This document shows, one piece after another, positions 14,755-22,831 of a DNA stretch of 37,628 bases (within the stretch, counting starts at the first letter, position 1; each line of letters starts with the position of its first letter). The notes under the pieces are model-generated. The model was given only the letters and a program-made list of their open reading frames with translations, did not search any database and was not told the DNA's origin. The position numbers and the translations under genes are program-made. This DNA is from Thermoleophilaceae bacterium (GTDB taxonomy: Bacteria > Actinomycetota > Thermoleophilia > Solirubrobacterales > Thermoleophilaceae): contig JBPCRE010000182.1 in the NCBI GenBank assembly GCA_050997195.1, forward strand, positions 1 through 37,628, given 5' to 3'.

Positions 14755-15762
14755 CTATCCAAACCAGACGGACGTCCGCGAGGCCACGAGGCGGTCGACC
14801 TCCCGCTGGATGCGCCGCCGCACCTCCTCCGACAGGGAGCTCACGAGCGCCAGGTCATCCGCATCCTCGGGTCCGTAGTCGTCGAGGTCGAGCGGCTCGA
14901 GGAAGCGAATCTTGAACTTGGCCGGCAGGTACATGAGGGCTGCGGCCAGCCCGAAGTGGGGGAAGGCGTGGTTGATCGGGAAGTAGATGAGCCCGGTCAG
15001 GCGCTCGAGGGCCCGGGCGTGGGCGAAGATCGGCATGGCCTCCTCGGCTCCCACGATGGCCACGGGCACGATCGGCACCCCCGCGCGGAGCGCGGCGCGC
15101 ACGAAGCCGCCGCGGCCGAAGCGCCGGAGGCGGTAGCGCTGCCAGTAGAGCTTGCGGGAGCCCTTCTGGCCCTCCGGGAAGACGATGGCCAGGCGCCCCT
15201 CGTCGCCGAGCAGGCGTTGAGCGTTGGCCGGGTGGGCCGGAACGAGCCCGATCTTGCCGGTGAGCATTCCCGCGCCCGGGTACCCCTTGAACCAGTGCTC
15301 CCCGAGCATGTAGAGCGGCCGAGGCGCCGGATGCTCGTTGCGAATGGCCTGCATGACCATGGGCGCGTCGGGAGGGAGCGCCCCGGAGTGGTTCCCCACC
15401 AGCAGGGCCCCGCCGCTCTCCGGCACGTGCTCGACGCCCTCCTGCTCGACCCGGAACCAGTAGCGGTAGTAGAAGTTCAGCAGCGGCTCGACAAGCTCGA
15501 ACATGCGCTCGGAGCGCCCCCAGTCGTCGACCGTCCTCTCGGGGTCGGGCGCGGGAAGGAGCCGGCGGAGAAGCTCGGGGTCGGGTGGCGGGGTGCTTGC
15601 CGGCGGCCTGACCGGCGACGGGCGCAGGGCGTCGTTCAGCGCCTCGAACGAGGCTCCGTTCGAGCTCGTGCCGAGGGGGCCGCCGAGGAGCGGGCTCTCG
15701 GCCGAGAGGGTGCCGCGCCGCTTGGTGGGCCGCCCGCCCGGGGAGCGCGCCGCTACGGGATC
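14755..15762 (-). CDS. Lysophospholipid/glycerolipid acyltransferase, paralogue 2; 5' end unresolved (no canonical in-frame start)
   Basis: C-terminal part of track ORF 14755..17145. Motifs: LLVGNHSGALPPDA, AIVFPEGQKGSRK, RFGRGGFVRAALRAGVPIVPVAIVGAEE. High GC3 in this frame runs up to about 15762. The first ATG (15504, MFELV) would cut off residues conserved with paralogue 1 (DDWGRSER versus DEWGFDEE). See the finding at 15504-15863. Confidence 0.75.
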   Translation of the reverse strand, partial: DPVAARSPGGRPTKRRGTLSAESPLLGGPLGTSSNGASFEALNDALRPSPVRPPASTPPPDPELLRRLLPAPDPERTVDDWGRSERMFELVEPLLNFYYRYWFRVEQEGVEHVPESGGALLVGNHSGALPPDAPMVMQAIRNEHPAPRPLYMLGEHWFKGYPGAGMLTGKIGLVPAHPANAQRLLGDEGRLAIVFPEGQKGSRKLYWQRYRLRRFGRGGFVRAALRAGVPIVPVAIVGAEEAMPIFAHARALERLTGLIYFPINHAFPHFGLAAALMYLPAKFKIRFLEPLDLDDYGPEDADDLALVSSLSEEVRRRIQREVDRLVASRTSVWFG

Positions 15763-15863
15763 ACTTCTTCTCGGCGCAGGCGGGACAAGGGGCCATCGTA
15801 ATCGGGGTGCGGTACGGCGCGTGGGCGATAAGCAAGTCGAACGGTTGGGGCGGGTGAACGCCC

Positions 15864-17906
15864 TCAGCGGCGAACGACGATGGCCCGTGAGGCCGTCCCG
15901 ACCCTCGCCACGAGGCGCAGCGAGCTGCCCCGGGAGAGCACACGGCGAGCGGCTCTCGACAGGCGCACGTTCACCGTGCGGGTTCCTACGCCCGAGAGCG
16001 AGCCTCGCGCGCGACCCACGACCTTCGATCCTCGCTTGACCACCGGGCGACCGGCGGACACGCTCATCGAGAAGCTTGCGGGACCGCCGCCCACGGTCAC
16101 CGCGAGCCCCTTGCGCAGGACGCTCGCCCTGCGCTGCGACCGGGGGCCGAGGACAACTACGCCCGAGGCGCCGGGGAGCACCCGCGCCGTGGGGTCGGGG
16201 AGGGGGAGAGGATCGGCGGGAGCGCCTGAGTCGGAGCCACCCCCCGAAGAGCCCGAGTCTCCGCCGCCGCCCGAGTCGCCTCCGCCTCCGCCGCCGGACG
16301 CAGGGGGGGAAGCGGTCGCAGGGGGGGGAGCGACCGCACTCGCCACCGGGGCTTGCGTGCCGACGGGGACCGCGCGAGCGCTGGCGCTCACGACCTGGTC
16401 GTCCTTGGTGAAGCGCCAGTCGCCGGCGTCCGCGGAGTAGCCCTGCTGCGACACGTCGGCGTTGACCAGCACGGCGGTGATCCGGCTCATGGATCCCGCG
16501 CCCGGGAGCACGATCGTCCCCGAGCCTCCGGCGGGAAGGGGGAGCAGGCGCGTGGTCACCGCCCCGCCCTCTTCGCTCCCCGTCCGGCCGACGAGCGCGA
16601 TGGCGCCCGCGGTGCCGCTCGGCACCGAGGCGGTGAGCTCGAGGTCCGACCCGGTCGGCGGCGCCACGTCCATGAGGGCGAAGGTGGTGTGGTCGAGAGT
16701 GGTGGTGGCCGGGGCGGCGCCGAGCGTCAGGGTGCCGCGCCGCTCCACGTCGGGGTAGCTCTGGCCCTCCGAGAAGCCGCTCCCCGGTGCGCGCCACTCG
16801 GCGACCGCCGCGGAGAAGCCGACGAAGTCGTCGAAGAAGCCGGTGCCGCCGTTGCCGGCGATGGAGCGGTCGTAGGCCGCGGGAGCGAAGGAGGCCGGGG
16901 TGGTCGAGGTGGAGCGCTCCCAGGCCCCGCGGATGGTGGTCGATCCGAGCCGCTCCGCCAGCCAGTGGTTCCACACCGCCGAGCCGTAGACCTTGATGTT
17001 GTCGGCATCCGAGGCGCTCCTGGAGTCGAAGCGCGTGAGCGGCACCTCCGAGCGGGTGACCCAGGACCTCACGTAGGAGACGTAGTCGTCGATCCCGTCG
17101 TAGACCTGGTCCTCCATCCACACGGCGCTCGACTCGAACATCCACACGTCCTGGAACGCGTCGTAGGCGTACTGGAGGATGTGGTGGTACTCGTGGGCCG
17201 CCGTCACTCGCAGGGGCTCGAGGAAGCTCCCGAAGCCCCGATACTCGTCGGCCGCGTAGTCGTTGTCCAGCACCAAATAGGCGGAGCGAGAGGATCCGCT
17301 CTGGTTCGGATCCGTGGCGGCGTAGCCGAAGATGTTCTTGTCGCCGAGCTGCTCGAGGTAGACGTCGGTCTTGTCCACGTCCCCGCCCCTGGTGCCGTCG
17401 CCGCGTGGGGCGCGCCAGCCGAGGTCGCCGTTCTCCTTGGCCCGCACCACGCCCATCTCGGCCGCCACGGTCTCCACGTAGTCGGGCACGAGGTCCCCGT
17501 CGGCGTCGGCCGGCGGGACCCGGTCGTTGGTCGATTCGACCCAGTGGAAGCAGAAGCCGGGGCCGATCGTGCAGTTCGAGCGGGACGGGACCGTGTAGCC
17601 CTGGTCACCGAAGGTGCCGGCTCCGGGATCGGTGGGGCGGGCCAGGAGGGCCTCTCCCTCGCGCCGATCGCCTGCCTCCAAGGCGGGGAGGCCCTGGGCC
17701 ACGTTGCGCAGGGCCAGCGTGTACTCGCGCCCGGTGCGCACTCCCTCGCCGTCGGCCACCGACCGAGCCTCCTCGAGCGCGCGCTCCGCTTCCCCGCGGG
17801 CCGTGGGTCCGCTGTTCGCGGGCGGAGCCTCCGCGCTCACCGGCCCGGCGAGCGCGAGGCTCGTCAGGGCGGTCGTGGCGAGGATCAGCGAACCGCGGAC
17901 GGCCAT
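15864..17906 (-). CDS. Secreted HExxH zinc metalloprotease (resembles the MXAN_6640-type putative metalloprotease family) with a Gly/Ser/Asp linker and a basic C-terminal domain
   Basis: Part of track ORF 15864..18545, from ATG 17906. Signal peptide MAVRGSLILATTALTSLALAGPVSAEA. Motif VTAAHEYHHILQYAYD. Linker SGGGGGGDSGGGGDSGSSGGGSDSG. Confidence 0.75.
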   Translation of the reverse strand: MAVRGSLILATTALTSLALAGPVSAEAPPANSGPTARGEAERALEEARSVADGEGVRTGREYTLALRNVAQGLPALEAGDRREGEALLARPTDPGAGTFGDQGYTVPSRSNCTIGPGFCFHWVESTNDRVPPADADGDLVPDYVETVAAEMGVVRAKENGDLGWRAPRGDGTRGGDVDKTDVYLEQLGDKNIFGYAATDPNQSGSSRSAYLVLDNDYAADEYRGFGSFLEPLRVTAAHEYHHILQYAYDAFQDVWMFESSAVWMEDQVYDGIDDYVSYVRSWVTRSEVPLTRFDSRSASDADNIKVYGSAVWNHWLAERLGSTTIRGAWERSTSTTPASFAPAAYDRSIAGNGGTGFFDDFVGFSAAVAEWRAPGSGFSEGQSYPDVERRGTLTLGAAPATTTLDHTTFALMDVAPPTGSDLELTASVPSGTAGAIALVGRTGSEEGGAVTTRLLPLPAGGSGTIVLPGAGSMSRITAVLVNADVSQQGYSADAGDWRFTKDDQVVSASARAVPVGTQAPVASAVAPPPATASPPASGGGGGGDSGGGGDSGSSGGGSDSGAPADPLPLPDPTARVLPGASGVVVLGPRSQRRASVLRKGLAVTVGGGPASFSMSVSAGRPVVKRGSKVVGRARGSLSGVGTRTVNVRLSRAARRVLSRGSSLRLVARVGTASRAIVVRR
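16303..16328. repeat. G7 (16303-16309) and G8 (16321-16328) homopolymer tracts inside an imperfect 18-nt direct repeat, within the metalloprotease CDS
   Basis: Read directly: gcaGGGGGGGaagcggtc gcaGGGGGGGGagcgacc. On the coding strand it encodes AVAPPPATASPP. Confidence 0.7.
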
Positions 17907-18002
17907 AACTCGTTCTTCTTCGGCGCGTCGGGGCCAGAACTTGAGTCCTTTCCTCTGACCGGGCGCCGATACGCCTCCTGCCTGCCGCCGCACCCTCCTA
18001 TA

Positions 18003-18019
18003 ACGCCCGAGCCGGGCGT
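18003..18019 (-). terminator. Hairpin ACGCCCG-agc-CGGGCGT, 4 nt after the ygfZ stop and followed on the transcript by UUAUA; weak intrinsic-terminator candidate
   Basis: Read directly. The stem is 7 bp and the loop 3 nt. The T-tract is short. Confidence 0.35.
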
Positions 18020-18022
18020 CTG

Positions 18023-18958
18023 TCACGCAGTGGCGAGAGCGAAGGGAAGGCCGAGGATCTCGGCCGGTGTGCCCTCCTCGCCCACGGCGACCGCCGCGCC
18101 GGGGCCGGCCTCGCGACGCACGAGCGCGAGGGCGATCGGACCGAGGGCGGGGGAGACGCACGCCGACCCGATCTCGCCCACGCGCTTGCCGTCGAGATCG
18201 ATCGGATCCCCGGGCTCCGCCGGCGCCGAGAGTCGCAGCCCCCGCAGGTGGCGGTTGGGCTTTCCCTTGTAGAAGAGGCGCGCGACCGTCTCCTGGCCCA
18301 CGTAGCAGCCCTTCTCGAACGACACGGCGCGGTCGTTGATGCCCGCCTCCTGGGGGATGATGTCCTCGGTGAGCTCGCGCCCGTGGCGCGGGCGCCCGCT
18401 CTCGATGCGCAGGCACTCGGCCGTGGTCTCGGAGACCTCGGGCACGCCGAGGGCCTCCCGCACCCGCTGCGCATTGGCGGACGGGCACAGGACGTCCACC
18501 CCCAGATCGGTGGCCACGTAGAGGCCGTGCTCTCCTTCGACCCACCCGTGCTCGCGGTCCTCGGGGGCCACGTCGAGCGCCTCGCGCGCGCCCGGACCGA
18601 GCAGGGAGAGCAGCGCTCGATCCGCGGTCTCGTCCGCGAAGCGCACGTCCCGGCCGATGGAGTACATCTTCACCGTGCGGGCCAGCGTGGCGAGGCCACC
18701 GGCCTCGGTGTCCAGGCGCAGCCAGTCGGGGCCTCGGAGCACCCGGGCGTCGGCGCGGATCTTTCCCTTATGGGTGAGCAGGAGCGCGTAGCAGCCCTCG
18801 CCCGGCTCGAGCGCCTCCACGTCGTTGGTGAGCTGGCCCTGGAGGAACTCCGCGGCCTCTGCGCCCCTGAGCAGGAGCTTGCCGCGCTCGGAGCGATCGA
18901 GAAGCCCCACGCCCTCGGTGACCAGTGCGTATTCGGAGGCCGAGATCATGAGGGCCAC
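18023..18958 (-). CDS. ygfZ: Folate-binding YgfZ/GcvT-like protein (Fe-S cluster repair / tRNA-modification associated)
   Basis: Track ORF 18023..18958. It has the aminomethyltransferase-like fold pattern and the diagnostic KGCYVGQE motif (FEKGCYVGQETVARL). Confidence 0.85.
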   Translation of the reverse strand: MALMISASEYALVTEGVGLLDRSERGKLLLRGAEAAEFLQGQLTNDVEALEPGEGCYALLLTHKGKIRADARVLRGPDWLRLDTEAGGLATLARTVKMYSIGRDVRFADETADRALLSLLGPGAREALDVAPEDREHGWVEGEHGLYVATDLGVDVLCPSANAQRVREALGVPEVSETTAECLRIESGRPRHGRELTEDIIPQEAGINDRAVSFEKGCYVGQETVARLFYKGKPNRHLRGLRLSAPAEPGDPIDLDGKRVGEIGSACVSPALGPIALALVRREAGPGAAVAVGEEGTPAEILGLPFALATA

Positions 18959-18995
18959 TCTAGAGCGGCCGTAGGGCCGGTTAGGGTGGCTTCCC

Positions 18996-19358
18996 GTGGC
19001 GCTCGCAGAGAACTTCCAGCAGATCGTCGACTCGCTCCCGCCCGACTGGACGCACCTCGCGCTCGACCTCAGGATCTTCGACGAGGAGCGCTACGTGGAG
19101 GCGGCGACGATGCTGGTGCAGGTCAACGCCCAGCCGTGGTCGCGGAGCGACTGGCACTGGCGCCTGCTCGTGGCCCACGAGTTCGGGCACGCCGCGGCGG
19201 CGCAGACCGTGCACGGCACCCTCGCCGTGCTCGACTCCTTGGGGCTCGAGGGCCAGATGGAGGTGCGCCAGGTGCGCTCCGGGCGTGCGGAGGTCGTGCA
19301 GATGTGGGGCCGGCCCGAGTCCGTGCGGCAGGAGTTCCGCGCGCGGCGCGCTCAGTAG
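18996..19358 (+). CDS. Hypothetical protein (120 aa) containing a HEFGH word
   Basis: Track ORF 18996..19358, with good GC3. Sequence MALAENFQQIVDSLPPDWTHLALDL...LLVAHEFGHAAAAQTVH. No family recognised. Confidence 0.5.
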   Translation: MALAENFQQIVDSLPPDWTHLALDLRIFDEERYVEAATMLVQVNAQPWSRSDWHWRLLVAHEFGHAAAAQTVHGTLAVLDSLGLEGQMEVRQVRSGRAEVVQMWGRPESVRQEFRARRAQ

Positions 19359-19367
19359 GGCCCCACC

Positions 19368-19730
19368 GTGGCGCGCGTGGCCGTCCTCTGCCCTGACCTG
19401 CTCTTCGGCTCGAAGGTCGAGGGCGGACTCACCGCCGCCGGGCACGAGGTCACCCGCTTCGACGACGAGGCGGGGCTCAGGGCCGCGGGAGCGGCATCGG
19501 AGGTGCTGGTGGTGGACCTCACCGCCGACGCCGCCGAGCGCGTCGCCATGGTCGAGGCCATGGACGCGGCAGGCGAGCTCGCCGGGCTCCGCACGCTCGG
19601 CTTCTACGCGCACGTGGACGTCGACGTCCGGCGCAGGGCCGAGGAGGCCGGCTTCGACCTCGTGGTGCCGCGCTCGCGGATGGCCCGCGAGATGGGAGCG
19701 CTGGTGGAGCGGCTGCTCTCCGACTCTTAG
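19368..19730 (+). CDS. Hypothetical protein (120 aa), flavodoxin/receiver-like alternation of hydrophobic strands
   Basis: Track ORF 19368..19730 (MARVAVLCPDLLFGSKV...VLVVDLT...). It starts 9 nt after the previous gene. No family recognised. Confidence 0.5.
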   Translation: MARVAVLCPDLLFGSKVEGGLTAAGHEVTRFDDEAGLRAAGAASEVLVVDLTADAAERVAMVEAMDAAGELAGLRTLGFYAHVDVDVRRRAEEAGFDLVVPRSRMAREMGALVERLLSDS

Positions 19731-20764
19731 CGGGCCGGGGCCGAGCGCTCCCTCGCCGCGGCCACGCTGTAGTCGAAGCCGGCGCGCGGCTCGGGCCGCT
19801 CGAGGATGCCGAAGCGCCGGTCGAACTCCGCCCACTCGCGCAGCGCGCGCTCGTCGAGGCGCAGGGGGGGCGAGAGCGCCGGACGCACTTCGGCGAACTG
19901 GGACCGGATCACCGCCGTGCTGGCCTCCGAGGCCCGGGCGATCTGGCGGATGGCCGGCTCGGGATCGCGGAGCGCCGCCTCGGTGCCCGCGGTGAGCGCG
20001 GCCACGGTGTTCTCGATCAGCTCGCGGTTCTCCTCGAGCGTCTCCCTGGTCACCGCCAGCACGAGCTCGGGGTAGCGCGGGGCACCGAAGTCGTCAACAC
20101 GGAACTGGCGCGTGCGCAGCCCCGCCTCTCGCACCGCCACGCCCTCTGCGTTCCAGAAGCCGGTGGCGGCGTCGAGCTTGCCGCTCACGAGGTTGGGCAC
20201 GGCCGAGAAGCCGATGGTGATGCGGCGCACCCGTCGGTAGTCGCCACCATCGCCCTCCACGATGGAGCGGAGCACGGCGTCGTCGGAGGCGAGGCCGGTC
20301 ACGCCCACGAGCTTTCCCTCGAGGTCCCGCGGTCGGCGGACCGACTCGCGGGCGATGACCGCCGCCAACGGCCGCTGCACGATGGCCCCCACGCCGATCA
20401 CGTCCTGGCCGCGCTCGCGGGTGAGGCCGAGGTCGTGGATGTCGGCGATGGCCACGTCCGCTCGTCCCGAGGTGAGGAGCTTGAGCGAGTCCGAGGAGTT
20501 GGTGGGTGCCCGCACCCGCAGGGCCACTCCGCGCGGCCGGTCGAGGCGCCCGCGCTGCGCCGTGTAGACCCCGGCGTGCACCGCGTTCGGCGTGAAGTCG
20601 AGGGCGAGGCGCACGTCCCGCGGGGCGGTGGGGGTGAGCGGCTCGTCGGCGGTGGGCTGCTGCTGGCGGCATCCGGGCAGAGCGAGACCGAGGACGGCGA
20701 GCAGCAGGGCGCTCGCAGCGCGACCGCGGCGGCGTCCTCGCGGCGCGGGCTGGTCTCGGCGCAT
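19727..20764 (-). CDS. ABC-type substrate-binding lipoprotein, NMT1/THI5-SsuA (nitrate/sulfonate/bicarbonate-like) family; no permease or ATPase nearby
   Basis: Part of track ORF 19727..21451, from ATG 20764. Signal plus lipobox LLLAVLGLALPGC. LALDFTPNAVHAGVYTA and LVGVTGLASDDAVL are typical of the family. Confidence 0.78.
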   Translation of the reverse strand: MRRDQPAPRGRRRGRAASALLLAVLGLALPGCRQQQPTADEPLTPTAPRDVRLALDFTPNAVHAGVYTAQRGRLDRPRGVALRVRAPTNSSDSLKLLTSGRADVAIADIHDLGLTRERGQDVIGVGAIVQRPLAAVIARESVRRPRDLEGKLVGVTGLASDDAVLRSIVEGDGGDYRRVRRITIGFSAVPNLVSGKLDAATGFWNAEGVAVREAGLRTRQFRVDDFGAPRYPELVLAVTRETLEENRELIENTVAALTAGTEAALRDPEPAIRQIARASEASTAVIRSQFAEVRPALSPPLRLDERALREWAEFDRRFGILERPEPRAGFDYSVAAARERSAPAR

Positions 20765-20822
20765 CGGCGGCCAGCGTAGATGAGTGCCTGGATCTTCCCG
20801 ATCGGGGACTACTCTCCCGCCG

Positions 20823-21602
20823 ATGCCAGCAGCGTCCGCGGGCCTGAACGAGGAACTGCTCACCCTCCTCGAGGCCGTGCAGAGCGGCGCCGTCCCGCCC
20901 GCGAACGCGCTCGAGCGGCTGGCCGGGCTGCCCTTCCGGGACCTTGGCTTCGCCCGTCTCGACACCCACCGCGAGCTCCGGCAGGGAGCCCCCGAGGCCG
21001 TGCTCGCCGAGGGCAAGAGCCCCGACGAGATCTCGGGAATAGTGCGCGCCCTGCTCGAAGAGGACGCGGGCAGCATCCTCGTGACCCGGGCCGACGCCGA
21101 CGCTCGGGCCGCGGTGCGTCGCGCCGCCCCCGAGGCGGAGGAGGACGAACGCGGACGCCTCGCCTGGGTGCGCCGGCGCGTGCCCGTGGCGTGCGGGCGG
21201 GTGGCGATCGTCTCGGGCGGGACCTCGGACGGGCCGGCGGTCCGGGAGGCGGCCGTGCGGGCCGAGCTCCTCGGTGCGTCGCTCACCGTGCACGAGGACG
21301 CCGGCGTGGCCGGGATCCACCGGCTGGCCCCGACCCTCGAGGATCTTCGCGAGGCCGACTGCGTGGTGGTGGTGGCCGGCCAGGACGCGGCCCTTGCCTC
21401 GGTGGTGGGAGGCCTCGTCGCGGCGCCGGTGATCGCCGTGCCCACCAGCACGGGCTACGGCGCGGCCTTCGGCGGGGTGACCGCGCTGCTCGCCATGCTC
21501 AGCTCGTGCGCGGCCGGCGTGGCCGTGGTCAACATCGACGACGGCTTCGGGGCCGGCACCATCGCCGCGCGGATCGCTCGTGCGGCGGGAGGTGCGAGGT
21601 GA
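20823..21602 (+). CDS. larB: LarB, NPN-cofactor biosynthesis carboxylase/hydrolase (PurE-like)
   Basis: Track ORF 20784..21602, start at GTG 20784 or ATG 20823. Motifs: DLGFARLDTHRELRQGAPEAV, VAIVSGGTSDGPAVREAAV, VVVAGQDAALASVVGGLVAAPVIAVPTSTGYGA, CAAGVAVVNIDDGFGAG. Confidence 0.88.
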   Translation: MPAASAGLNEELLTLLEAVQSGAVPPANALERLAGLPFRDLGFARLDTHRELRQGAPEAVLAEGKSPDEISGIVRALLEEDAGSILVTRADADARAAVRRAAPEAEEDERGRLAWVRRRVPVACGRVAIVSGGTSDGPAVREAAVRAELLGASLTVHEDAGVAGIHRLAPTLEDLREADCVVVVAGQDAALASVVGGLVAAPVIAVPTSTGYGAAFGGVTALLAMLSSCAAGVAVVNIDDGFGAGTIAARIARAAGGAR

Positions 21603-22831
21603 GCTCCGACGGCGCGCGGGGCGACGCCCCCCTCCTCTACGTCGACTGCGTGGCCGGGGTGGCCGGAGACATGCTCCTGGGCGCCCTGATAGACGCGGGA
21701 GCGAGCGCCGACGGGGTACGGGCGGGCCTCGAGGGCCTCGGCGTCGCGGGGTTGACGCTTCGTGTGGAGCGCACCGAGCGCCACGCGATCGGTGCCGTCC
21801 GGGCCGAGGCGCGAGCCGAGGACCGCCAGCCCCATCGCCGCTTCGCCGAGGTGCGGGAGCTGCTGGCCGGCGCCGCCCTTCCGGAGCGCGTGCGCGCACG
21901 AGCCCACGCCACCTTCCGGCGCCTCGCGGAGGCCGAGGGGAGGGTCCACGGGATCTCTCCCGAGCGGGTGGACTTCCACGAGGTGGGAGCCGTGGACGCG
22001 ATCGCCGAGGTGTGCGGCGTGGCGCTCGCCCTCGAGGATCTCGGGGTGGAGCGGGTGGTGTGCTCGCCGCTGCCCGCACCTCGGGGCTTCGTGGGATCGG
22101 CGCACGGGCGGCTTCCGCTCCCCGCCCCGGCCACGCTCGAGATCCTGGTGGGCGCGCCGCTCCACGGGGTCGAGCTCGACGTCGAGCTCGTCACGCCCAC
22201 CGGCGCGGCGCTCGTGGCCTCGCTGGCCGAGGGCTACGGCCCGATGCCGCCGCTGCGCATGGGCGCGATCGGGTACGGCGCGGGGTCCCGCGAGCTCGAG
22301 GCGCTGCCCAACGTGGTCCGCGTGATCCTCGGCGAGCCGCTCGGCTCCACCACCGAGGAGGGTCGCGTCTCGCTCGTGGAGACCAACCTCGACGACCTCC
22401 TTCCGGAGCACGTTCCCGACGCGGCGGACGCCTGCTTCGCCGCCGGGGCCCTCGACGTGTGGAGCGCTCCAGCGCAGATGAAGAAGGGGCGCCCGGGAAC
22501 GGTGCTCTCCGCCCTCGTTCGCCCCGCCCGGGAGTGGGCGGTGGCCGAGGCCATGATGCGCGAGACGGGGAGCCTCGGCGTGCGGGTGGCCGAGCTCAGG
22601 CGCCACGAGCTCGAGCGTCACTGGCGCACGGTGGACGTGGGAGGCCACAGCGTCCGCGTGAAGGTCGGGCGCCTCGGGGGCGCCGAGACGAGCGTGGCAC
22701 CCGAGCACGACGACTGCGTCCGCGTGGCGCAGGCCACGGGCGCCAGCGTGCGCTCGGTGTGGGCTGCGGCGCTCGCGGCGGCCCAGTCCGCCCACGTGCC
22801 CGGCTCGCCGGAGGAGGCCCTCCGTGCCTGA
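21599..22831 (+). CDS. larC: LarC, nickel-insertion (cyclometallase) protein, single uninterrupted ORF
   Basis: Part of track ORF 20780..22831. GTG 21599 overlaps the larB TGA. Motifs: LYVDCVAGVAGDMLLGALIDAG, VDFHEVGAVDAI, PVTPTGAAL-like block, MKKGRPG. Confidence 0.9.
   Translation: MSSDGARGDAPLLYVDCVAGVAGDMLLGALIDAGASADGVRAGLEGLGVAGLTLRVERTERHAIGAVRAEARAEDRQPHRRFAEVRELLAGAALPERVRARAHATFRRLAEAEGRVHGISPERVDFHEVGAVDAIAEVCGVALALEDLGVERVVCSPLPAPRGFVGSAHGRLPLPAPATLEILVGAPLHGVELDVELVTPTGAALVASLAEGYGPMPPLRMGAIGYGAGSRELEALPNVVRVILGEPLGSTTEEGRVSLVETNLDDLLPEHVPDAADACFAAGALDVWSAPAQMKKGRPGTVLSALVRPAREWAVAEAMMRETGSLGVRVAELRRHELERHWRTVDVGGHSVRVKVGRLGGAETSVAPEHDDCVRVAQATGASVRSVWAAALAAAQSAHVPGSPEEALRA

Noticed and set aside
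15761-15943. 60-aa track ORF (MCSPGAARCASW...MAPCPACAEKK) considered as a stand-alone gene
   Set aside because: Its first 49 codons lie inside the 3' end of the metalloprotease gene in another frame. Only the last 11 codons (15796-15761) are intergenic, and I discuss these under the acyltransferase start anomaly.
16190-16330. Repetitive GC-rich DNA (ccgccgcc / ggggg units) considered as a CRISPR array or tandem-repeat locus
   Set aside because: It is in frame within the metalloprotease CDS and encodes the Gly/Ser/Asp/Pro linker. It has no regular repeat-spacer periodicity and there are no cas genes.
16353-18272. 639-aa plus-strand ORF opposite the metalloprotease and ygfZ genes
   Set aside because: It crosses an intergenic region and two real genes, and its composition is typical of shadow ORFs.
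21599-22831. Possible programmed frameshift in larC, as in the L. plantarum larC1/larC2 pair
   Set aside because: Here LarC is one continuous 410-codon ORF from the DCVAGVAGDM N-terminus to the C-terminal domain, so no frameshift is needed.
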